A stretch of 64,000 bases of DNA from Chitinophagales bacterium (GTDB lineage: Bacteria > Bacteroidota > Bacteroidia > Chitinophagales > CAVYQA01): assembly GCA_963770495.1 (NCBI GenBank), contig CAVYQA010000002.1, forward strand, positions 16,955-80,954. Direction: 5' to 3'. A program made the position numbers and the translations under genes. The notes beneath the pieces are model-generated. The model searched no databases. It was given only the letters and a program-made list of their open reading frames with translations, and had not been told where the DNA came from. Positions 56,187 through 64,000 of the stretch are shown here, in pieces (positions within the stretch are counted from its first letter, which is position 1; each line of letters begins with the position of its first letter).

Positions 56187-58925
56187 ATGAGAAAACCCGT
56201 ACTATGTCTTTTAAGTTTCGTCTTTCTATTTGCATCAACTTTCTTAGTAAAAGCCGGTAATCCCCCCGTTACTAAATGGACGGTAAAAAATCCTTTTGAG
56301 CAAAAAGTGTTTATTGAAAATAAAGGACAATATAACCTGCCCGATAAAGCACCATCCAAAAACATTTTGTTTGGAGCGCAGCTGGATGGATTGAATTATT
56401 ATTTTACCTCAACCGGAATATGGATAACACATTATGTGCAGGTTAAAAGCAATAATAAAGAGTCAACCCAATTGCAATTGCCAAATGCAAAGCACGTGCA
56501 GGAATTCCATCAAATTAATTTTATAGCTGCCAATTCATCGGCTGAAATTATCGGCGATAACAAGGTAAAGCAATATTACAATTTCAGGGGAGAAGGTAAT
56601 TCAAACATAAAAGCATCTGCCTACCAAAAAATTATATACAGAAATTTATATCCCGGCATTGATATGGAATTTTATTTCCCTGAAGACAAGCTGGGTTTTG
56701 AATATTCGTTTATTGTGCACCCGGGAGCGGATATTTCGCAGATAAAAATGCAATACCCGTTAAGTGAAAGAATCGCTCTTACTGCCGAAGGCAACATTAC
56801 GATACAATCAACTTTTGGTGAGTTTACCGACCACGCACCTGTTGCGAATCAACAGGGATTGCTTACACCCATTACCTGTTCATTCAGATTAAATGAAGGC
56901 GAAGTAGATTTTAGTGCAGGTAATTATAATAAAAACAAAGATTTAATAATAGACCCCTGGACATCTATTCCGTCATTTCCATTAAGCAGAAGTGACCGCG
57001 CTTATGATTTAGACTGGGATAATGCCGGCAACTGCTATGTCTATGGCGGGTCAGGGCAGTATGAAGAATATCCTTTGTATCTTTTAAAGTATGATAATAC
57101 AGGCAAGTTGTTATGGTCAATTCCCATACATGATTATTATAGCGAAGATTATGGAACAGAACTGTATGGAGATTTTTGTGTAGACAAAAATTCGCAATCC
57201 ATTTACATTTCCCAGGGCGCTAATGTTTTACATGGAGCAGAAATAATTAAGCTTAACCGGGCAGGTGCAATAATTGATTCTTCAGGTGGAAATATAAATA
57301 TGACGGCAATGTGGCGCATTGCATTTACCAGCCAATATAACGAGCTTATAGGAGCGGGCGGCGCATATCCAAATAGTCCGGCTGCCACTGCCATGTACGC
57401 TGATACTAATTTAACTAACGGAACAATTGTGTATGTAAATACCCCGGCTAATCCGTTTCATTATATGTGGGGTATAACGCTGGATAATTTTGGTAATTGC
57501 TATATGGCAATAAGCGGACTAACAGCAGGTGATACTACCGGTAATGACATGTTTAAATTACCGCTGTCTACTCTTTCACCAACATCATGGGAAGTAAATG
57601 ACGGATATGAGTTTCACATCTTCACACCCGGTTATATTACTGAAAATGGAGGTAATGGTTATAATGGAATGACTGTTAATGATACCAACCTCTATACCTA
57701 CGATAGCTATACGCTGAAAAAATGGGCTACAACAAACGGCACATTGCTAAATAGCATTAATATAGACGGTAATAACGGCACCCCAAGTAATATTTACTGG
57801 GGAGGAATAACCTCTGACAGTTGTGGTGACATTCTCCTCGGTTATCTTGACACCGTTAAGCAATATACCGACAACTTAACTCTTATAAATTATATCATTG
57901 CACACGATACTATTTATGACTTAAGCATGGGAAACAATAACATATTATATGCCTGTGGCGCAGACTTTGTATCTGCAATTGATGTATCACCTCCACGTGT
58001 AATTATAGACAGCCCCGGCACTTGTTTAGGAACTGGTGTAGCGCTTAAACCATCGGGTGGTAATAGTTATAACTGGTTTCCTTCTGCAGGATTAAATACC
58101 ACAACCGGCGATAGCGTTATTGCTAATCCATCCGTTACTACTACATATACCATAGTTGGTTTTGAAAACGTGAGTTGTCCTGATACGGTTCAATCAGTTG
58201 TAACCATTAAACCACTGCCAACAATAATAGCCCCGCCGGCATCAATTTGTTATGGAAATAGCACAGTACTGACAGCAAGCGGAGCAGTTTCCTATACATG
58301 GGCACCGGCAACAGGCTTAAATATTACAACAGGAGACAGTGTAACTGCCAACCCATCTATAACCACCACTTATACAGTAACAGGTTTGGACACTGATGGC
58401 TGTACGGCATCAGTTTCTGATATAGTGACTGTAACAACTTCTCCTAATAAACCAACCTTCAGTCAACATGAAGATACTCTTATTTCAAGCTCCTCACGTG
58501 ACAATCAATGGTATCGTAATGACTCGTTACTGGTAAATGACACCAGTCAAGACTTGATAATTACCGTCTTGGGCGAATATTTGGTAGTTGTATCTAACGA
58601 GGCTGATGGTTGCAGCACATCGTCAGATTCGATGAATATTAGTTCACTGACAGGCGTAAATCAACTATCAGCTATCAGTGGACAGTTATCGGTTTATCCT
58701 AATCCATTTAACAGCACAATTTATGTGACAATAAATCCATCGGCGCAATATGTGAACGACTGGAGTTTGCAGATTACGGATGTGCTGGGCAGAATTATTT
58801 ATTCAAGAATATCATTAAACTATAGTAATGAGATCAACCTTTCAAAAATACCATCGGGGGTATATTTCATAACCGTTACAAATGAGAAGGGACGAGCGGT
58901 GTTCCCTATAATCAGGCAGGAATAA
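56187..58925 (+). CDS. T9SS cargo protein: N-terminal conserved module, beta-propeller-like region, 2 Ig-like Cys-containing repeats, type-A CTD
   Basis: FIENKGQY N-terminal module. Repeats ...GLNTTTGDSVIANPSVTTTYTI.... CTD LSVYPNPFNSTIYV...IPSGVYFITV. Confidence 0.85.
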   Translation: MRKPVLCLLSFVFLFASTFLVKAGNPPVTKWTVKNPFEQKVFIENKGQYNLPDKAPSKNILFGAQLDGLNYYFTSTGIWITHYVQVKSNNKESTQLQLPNAKHVQEFHQINFIAANSSAEIIGDNKVKQYYNFRGEGNSNIKASAYQKIIYRNLYPGIDMEFYFPEDKLGFEYSFIVHPGADISQIKMQYPLSERIALTAEGNITIQSTFGEFTDHAPVANQQGLLTPITCSFRLNEGEVDFSAGNYNKNKDLIIDPWTSIPSFPLSRSDRAYDLDWDNAGNCYVYGGSGQYEEYPLYLLKYDNTGKLLWSIPIHDYYSEDYGTELYGDFCVDKNSQSIYISQGANVLHGAEIIKLNRAGAIIDSSGGNINMTAMWRIAFTSQYNELIGAGGAYPNSPAATAMYADTNLTNGTIVYVNTPANPFHYMWGITLDNFGNCYMAISGLTAGDTTGNDMFKLPLSTLSPTSWEVNDGYEFHIFTPGYITENGGNGYNGMTVNDTNLYTYDSYTLKKWATTNGTLLNSINIDGNNGTPSNIYWGGITSDSCGDILLGYLDTVKQYTDNLTLINYIIAHDTIYDLSMGNNNILYACGADFVSAIDVSPPRVIIDSPGTCLGTGVALKPSGGNSYNWFPSAGLNTTTGDSVIANPSVTTTYTIVGFENVSCPDTVQSVVTIKPLPTIIAPPASICYGNSTVLTASGAVSYTWAPATGLNITTGDSVTANPSITTTYTVTGLDTDGCTASVSDIVTVTTSPNKPTFSQHEDTLISSSSRDNQWYRNDSLLVNDTSQDLIITVLGEYLVVVSNEADGCSTSSDSMNISSLTGVNQLSAISGQLSVYPNPFNSTIYVTINPSAQYVNDWSLQITDVLGRIIYSRISLNYSNEINLSKIPSGVYFITVTNEKGRAVFPIIRQE

Positions 58926-58966
58926 AAAATTTGACATATATTAACTGAATTTTTAAAATCATTGAA

Positions 58967-61900
58967 ATGATAAAACAGCGTTTATTTTTCTTTATTGTAA
59001 TTTATTTACCGGTTACTGTTTTCTTTGCAAAAGCCGGCAGCCCGCCCGCTACCAAATGGACGGTAAAAAATCCTTTTGAGCAAAATGTATTTATTGAAAA
59101 TAAAGGACAATACAGCCTGAATGGTAAATTACAATCAAAAGACATTTTGTTTGGAGCAAATCTGGATGGTCTGAATTATTATTTTACATCAACCGGAATA
59201 TGGATAGAGCGCAATGTGCCGGTTAAACGTACTGATGAAGAATTAGAACAACTGAAATTGCCTACTTCAGCAAATAACTTAAAGGCATTTGAATACAAGT
59301 ATATGCAGGAGTTTCATCAAATTAATTTTATAGGCGTTAATACATCAGCAGAAATTATCGGCAATACTGAGGTAAAACAATATTTCAATTTCAAGATAGA
59401 AGGTAATGTAAACATAAAAGCATCTGCCTACAAAAAAATCATATACAAAAATTTATATCCCGGCATTGATATGGAATTTTATTTCCCTGGCAACAAGAAA
59501 GGTTTTGAATATTCATTTATTGTACACCCCGAGGGTGATATTTCGCAGATAAAAATGCAGTATCCTTTGAATGGAGGAATAACTCTTACTCCTGATAACA
59601 ATATCAAAATTCAATCGGCATTCGGTGAATTTATTGACCACGCGCCTGTTGCAAACCAAAAAGGTGTGTTAAGGAATATCGGTTGTTCTTTTGTTCTACA
59701 GAATGGAATCGTGCAATTTAAAACGGGTGACTACAATAAAACACAGGATTTAGTCATTGACCCATGGACAGTAACTCCTGTATTTCCGAAAAGTATTAGT
59801 GACCGCGCTTACGATGTTGACTGGGATAACGCCGGAAATTGTTATGCCTACGGCGGTTCAGGACAGTACAGCGAATATCCTTTATACATGTTAAAATATG
59901 ACAGCAACGGAAATTTACTATGGGAAACACAAATAGATGAGGGATACCGATATGATTACGGAACAGAATTATATGGGGGTTTCGTGGTTGATAAAAATTC
60001 GCAATCTATATATATAGCAATGGGTGTTAATATTTTTTCCGGAGGCAAAATAATTAAGCTTAACCAGGCGGGCACATTAATTGATTCTTCTTCCGGCAAT
60101 TTAAATATGCTGGCAATATGGCGAATTGCATATAGTACTAAATATAACGAATTGGTAGGTGTAGGTGGAAGTTATCCGTATGGCCCTGCTGCCACAGCAA
60201 TGTATATTGATACTAATTTAACAACTGAAACAGTAGTGTATGTTAATAATCCTCCTAACCCATATCGTTATATGTGGGGTGTTACACTTGATGATTCAGG
60301 CAACTGCTATATGGCAATAAGCGGATCAACTATGGTGGGTGATACAGCAGGTAATGATTTATTCAAGGTACCAATGCCCTCACTGTCGCCAACAACATGG
60401 GAGGTAAACGACGGGTATAAAATTATTGGGATAGGTGACCCTCAATATATAGCACACAATAATGGTAATGGCTTTAATGGGATTACCGTTAGTGATTCTA
60501 ACTTATATACCTATGATAGTTATACCCTTAAAAAATGGAGCACAGCAACCGGTGATTTAGACGACAGTGTTTCTGTAACTCCAGTAACCGCCCTGTATAT
60601 CTATTGGGGTGGATTGACATCTGACTCTTGCGGCAATATTTTTCTTGGCTGTCGTGACACTATTAAGAAATATAACAGCAACTTAACGTTGTTGAGTTAT
60701 TTTTCAGCTCCTGACAGCATCTATGATTTAAACCTGGGAAATAATAATTTACTATACGCTTGCGGGGCAACATTTATATCTGTCTATGAATTAGCACCAC
60801 ACCTTGTAAACACAAATACCAATACCGATGCTGATACTACATTATATTATACAATATGTTTGGGTAACTCCGCAGCACTTGAAGCCGGGGGCGCAACCAG
60901 CTATACCTGGTCGCCTTCTTATGGATTAAGCGCAACAACCGGCGACAGTGTTTCTGCCACCCCATCTGTTACTACTACTTACACAGTTATTTGTTCCGGA
61001 AGTCTTACCTGCCCTCCTTCTGCTACTGATACTTTCAAAATAGTAGTAACTGTTGATACCTTCCCACTGCCGCATATAACCGTAGTTCCCGATTCAACTA
61101 CTATATGTTTTGGAAAAAGTGTATCATTAACTGCCAGCGGCGTTAAAACCTATGAATGGACTCCCTCACAAGGATTAAATAGCTCCAGCGGTGGTACTGT
61201 AATGGCCTCTCCCGCTGTATCTACTACCTATATCGTTAAAGGGATAGATTCAAACGGGTGTTATGATATTGGTCATTCTATAGTAACTGTGGATACGCTG
61301 CCCTATGCATATGTATCATCGAGTGCATTCTACATATGTAAGGGACAACCTGATACCTTATCTGTCAATTCAGAATCCTCTTATGAATGGAGTCCTTCGA
61401 CCGGATTAAATACTACTACCGGTGATACCGTAATTGCCTCTCCTTCTTCATATACTGTTTACACTGTTACCGTAACAGGTAGTAACGGCTGTACAAACAC
61501 CGCTCAATCTACAGTATATGTTGAAACACCCACTGTAATCGTATCTCCGAATTCACCTTCCTTATGCCCCGGACATAGTATTTCATTAACGGTCACCGGA
61601 GCAAAATTTTATCAATGGAATCCCTCTGCCAGTATAGACAGTATTTCTGCTGATACTGTGCTCGCCTCTCCTACTACAACCACTACTTATATCGTTATCG
61701 GCAGCAATAGGTTTGGCTGCTCAGATACTGTGCAGGATGTAATAAATGTTGTTTTCCCTATGGTAATTATAGCGCCATCTTCACCATCTGTATGTTTCGG
61801 GTCAAGTATTGCATTATACGCCAGCGGTGCAGACACATTCCAATGGAGACCTTCGACCGGATTAAATACTACCACAGGCGATACTGTAATAGCTAATCCC

Positions 61901-62692
61901 ACTATAACCACTACCTATACCATTGTCGGAAGAAATGGATGCGCGGATAGCACCACAACTGTAGTAACCGTTGATTCCATACCCCAAATAAGTGTGATCA
62001 GTTCAACCTCAGTATGTTTAGGACAAAGCACTTCATTAATTGCTGTTGGTGCAAGTACCTATCAATGGAGTCCATCAGCAGGATTGAACACTACCACAGG
62101 CGACAGTGTTGTTGTCACTCCCACTGCAGCCACTACCTATTCATTAACCGGTTATAATTCATATGGTTGTGTGGCATCAATACTTGTTACGGTAAACATA
62201 ATTCCTTCTCCTAATAAACCAACTTTTAGCCAACAGGGAGATACTCTTATTTCAAGCTCCAAATTTGATAATCAATGGTACCTGAATGGCTCTCTTCTTA
62301 TAAATGATACCAGCCAGGACCTTATAATTACTACGTTGGGAGAATACTGGGTGGTTGTAAATAATGAGGCTAATGGTTGCAGCACATCATCAGACTCGAT
62401 GAATATAGATACAGTGACTGGGATAGAAATGTTATCAATTATCAGTGAACAGCTATCAGTTTATCCTAATCCGTTTAATGATGAGATATTTGTAAAAATA
62501 AATTCATCGGCTGAAGATGTGAAAGACTGGAATTTGGAAATTACTGATGTGTTAGGCAGAACTGTTTATACAAAAGCGTCATTAAATTATAATAATGTGA
62601 TTGATCTATTAAAAATACCTTCAGGAGTATATTTTATAACTGTTACAACTAAAAACGGAAGAGCGGTGTTCCCGCTAGTAAGGCAGGAATAG
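58967..62692 (+). CDS. T9SS cargo protein, paralogue of the preceding gene with 6 Ig-like repeats
   Basis: Same N-terminal module and CTD. Six units carry the xTTGDxVxAxPxxTTTYxV signature between about 60840 and 62150. Confidence 0.85.
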   Translation: MIKQRLFFFIVIYLPVTVFFAKAGSPPATKWTVKNPFEQNVFIENKGQYSLNGKLQSKDILFGANLDGLNYYFTSTGIWIERNVPVKRTDEELEQLKLPTSANNLKAFEYKYMQEFHQINFIGVNTSAEIIGNTEVKQYFNFKIEGNVNIKASAYKKIIYKNLYPGIDMEFYFPGNKKGFEYSFIVHPEGDISQIKMQYPLNGGITLTPDNNIKIQSAFGEFIDHAPVANQKGVLRNIGCSFVLQNGIVQFKTGDYNKTQDLVIDPWTVTPVFPKSISDRAYDVDWDNAGNCYAYGGSGQYSEYPLYMLKYDSNGNLLWETQIDEGYRYDYGTELYGGFVVDKNSQSIYIAMGVNIFSGGKIIKLNQAGTLIDSSSGNLNMLAIWRIAYSTKYNELVGVGGSYPYGPAATAMYIDTNLTTETVVYVNNPPNPYRYMWGVTLDDSGNCYMAISGSTMVGDTAGNDLFKVPMPSLSPTTWEVNDGYKIIGIGDPQYIAHNNGNGFNGITVSDSNLYTYDSYTLKKWSTATGDLDDSVSVTPVTALYIYWGGLTSDSCGNIFLGCRDTIKKYNSNLTLLSYFSAPDSIYDLNLGNNNLLYACGATFISVYELAPHLVNTNTNTDADTTLYYTICLGNSAALEAGGATSYTWSPSYGLSATTGDSVSATPSVTTTYTVICSGSLTCPPSATDTFKIVVTVDTFPLPHITVVPDSTTICFGKSVSLTASGVKTYEWTPSQGLNSSSGGTVMASPAVSTTYIVKGIDSNGCYDIGHSIVTVDTLPYAYVSSSAFYICKGQPDTLSVNSESSYEWSPSTGLNTTTGDTVIASPSSYTVYTVTVTGSNGCTNTAQSTVYVETPTVIVSPNSPSLCPGHSISLTVTGAKFYQWNPSASIDSISADTVLASPTTTTTYIVIGSNRFGCSDTVQDVINVVFPMVIIAPSSPSVCFGSSIALYASGADTFQWRPSTGLNTTTGDTVIANPTITTTYTIVGRNGCADSTTTVVTVDSIPQISVISSTSVCLGQSTSLIAVGASTYQWSPSAGLNTTTGDSVVVTPTAATTYSLTGYNSYGCVASILVTVNIIPSPNKPTFSQQGDTLISSSKFDNQWYLNGSLLINDTSQDLIITTLGEYWVVVNNEANGCSTSSDSMNIDTVTGIEMLSIISEQLSVYPNPFNDEIFVKINSSAEDVKDWNLEITDVLGRTVYTKASLNYNNVIDLLKIPSGVYFITVTTKNGRAVFPLVRQE

Positions 62693-62736
62693 AAAACAGG
62701 AACACTAAATTTAATTTGAACCTACCTGGCTTTGTC

Positions 62737-63090
62737 TTAGCTAAGCAGTCGTCTATATGTTGATTCAATTTCGCTAAGAAGTTCTTTATCTCTTGCAGAT
62801 AGAGTGGAAGAAAATAAATTATGAGCGGAAGTTTTTGAAACATTTATCAGTTCTGTTATTTCCTCAAAAGTCATATTGAGAACTTTCCTGGCTAAATGAA
62901 CAAACAGCTTCTTTTCACGCACCAAAAAATTATCATTAATATGCTCCATAAACCTGTTCTGTAATTCCAGGCGCGTTGTGTGGGTATGAATTACAAAAGA
63001 CTCAAATAATGTTTTAATTTTTTCGGGATAGTTTACCCATGAAAATCTTTGGGAACTCATATCCATGCCAAACTGAATAAATGGGTTCAT
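62737..63090 (-). CDS. hypothetical small HTH protein, weakly DnaA-domain-IV-like
   Basis: REKKLFVHLARKVLNMTFEEITELINVSKTSAHNL resembles the arrangement of [32 protein letters not shown] in dnaA. Confidence 0.45.
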   Translation of the reverse strand: MNPFIQFGMDMSSQRFSWVNYPEKIKTLFESFVIHTHTTRLELQNRFMEHINDNFLVREKKLFVHLARKVLNMTFEEITELINVSKTSAHNLFSSTLSARDKELLSEIESTYRRLLS

Positions 63091-63102
63091 TGAACTAAGT
63101 TT

Positions 63103-63663
63103 TTAGTCTATATTATTATGAAAACTTAAATAGTTATTGAATCTATTATTGATAATGTTTTTATTATGATTCTCTGTATCGTATCCATTCTCCGGCAAAA
63201 ACTCTTTAAAATTCTTCTCTACATTATCATAATGAGAACGGAATTCTTCATTCTTTATATAGAATTCTTTTGCCCGCCTTTCAGCCATCAGGATAGATGA
63301 ATGGTCTCTCCCTCCCAAATGCATACCTATTACCTTTAAAGGAAAATCAAAATTTGATCGCAAGATGCTCGTAAATGCTCCGCGAGCCTTTGGCAGAGGC
63401 ATATACCTATCTTTGCTCTTCAGTTCTTCATTAGTGATATTAAATTCACGGCAAATAAACTGGTCAAGAACATTTATTATATTTTGTCCTTTATCTGTCA
63501 ATGTGATTGTTATATTGAAAAGGGATTTTCTACTATCATAGTTAAATTTTTTCCTCACCGGGATTTGTTTTGAAAGCCACTTGATGGGTCTTGAATAAAT
63601 TTTTGACCTATTAATTCTTAATCCCCGAGCTTTAGCATTGTTTTTACTTTCTATGAGTTTCAT
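63103..63663 (-). CDS. DnaA C-terminal (domain IV) HTH-only protein
   Basis: PLPKARGAFTSILRSNFDFPLKVIGMHLGGRDHSSILMAERRAKEF aligns with dnaA residues ...[45 protein letters not shown]. No AAA+ domain. Confidence 0.65.
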   Translation of the reverse strand: MKLIESKNNAKARGLRINRSKIYSRPIKWLSKQIPVRKKFNYDSRKSLFNITITLTDKGQNIINVLDQFICREFNITNEELKSKDRYMPLPKARGAFTSILRSNFDFPLKVIGMHLGGRDHSSILMAERRAKEFYIKNEEFRSHYDNVEKNFKEFLPENGYDTENHNKNIINNRFNNYLSFHNNID

Positions 63664-63778
63664 TCTGTGTGGATTTAACGCATTAATAAAATAGGTTTTT
63701 TTATTTTATCCATTCCTGAACCATTTCCATATAAACTCTCATCTCTATTTTCAGGAATATTCTTACAAAAGGCTGAGT

Positions 63779-63949
63779 TTATTGAAAATCAAAATATAAT
63801 TCGAATTTGACTGGGTTTATGCTGAACGGAATAGTTTTGATAAACATCAGTTGCTTTTTGTAGTTCAGGTTTTTTGCTATTTTCAACAAGCCGGCTAATT
63901 GGATGTTGGCTTTGCCCACATGAACTTTTTTAGAATCTTTAGGTTTCAT
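63779..63949 (-). CDS. possible small ORF (56 aa) heading the same minus-strand gene string
   Basis: MKPKDSKKVHVGKANIQLAGLLKIAKNLNYKKQLMFIKTIPFSINPVKFELYFDFQ. Below the ORF-track cutoff, with no motif. Confidence 0.2.
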   Translation of the reverse strand: MKPKDSKKVHVGKANIQLAGLLKIAKNLNYKKQLMFIKTIPFSINPVKFELYFDFQ

Positions 63950-64000
63950 AATTTAGTTTTAATTTTAGTTTTTAAAGTGATTAAATCGGGTTTCTTTTCG

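Overview
The window looks like a chromosomal segment of a Bacteroidota genome, probably Chitinophagia or Sphingobacteriia. Support: several T9SS C-terminal sorting domains, TAnnTTTG-type -7 promoter boxes, and typical low-complexity intergenic repeats. All calls come from reading the sequence and ORF track by eye, with no database search, so family assignments rest on recognised motifs.

Most of the window is housekeeping:
- RNA and DNA functions: miaE, rny, pheT, uvrA, dnaA, ogt, tRNA-Ser(GCU), tRNA-Pro(UGG).
- Metabolism: pfkA, pyrC-like, erpA/iscA-like, methylmalonyl-CoA mutase family, msrB.
- Cell envelope and division: murF, zapA, and a polysaccharide cluster (GT4, flippase, Wzz-like, O-antigen-ligase-like, GT2).
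- A probable stress operon: STAS-like, PPK2, P3A-type P-type ATPase, START-like.

Most interesting part, 17.3-22.4 kb (an accessory hotspot):
- A RAYT (IS200-like Y1 transposase) flanked by inverted REP arrays, i.e. a REPtron.
- A DUF559 pseudogene cassette bounded by direct repeats.
- A very AT-rich ~3.3 kb segment bracketed by roughly 250-330 bp imperfect inverted repeats. It carries three unassigned genes: a small 4-TM protein, a protein with UDG-superfamily-like motifs (KEPNG, FMNLKK, HPSSRN), and a 369-aa protein with a HEPN-like RNHLNH motif. I flag this as a candidate undescribed defence or accessory module.

Other notable structure:
- A four-helix-bundle (23S IVS-type) ORF enclosed by a perfect 18-bp inverted repeat exactly between two tRNA genes.
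- A 19-nt identical promoter block plus a TGAT-N4-ATCA dyad shared by two stress-gene promoters.
- Two DnaA-domain-IV-only paralogues with DnaA-box-like sites.
- Two tandem T9SS cargo paralogues with 2 versus 6 Ig-like repeats.
- Several dispersed hairpin repeat families.
- Three disrupted genes: uvrA frameshift, CPA1 antiporter frameshift, DUF559 nonsense codon.

No CRISPR array, rRNA gene or recognisable riboswitch was seen.
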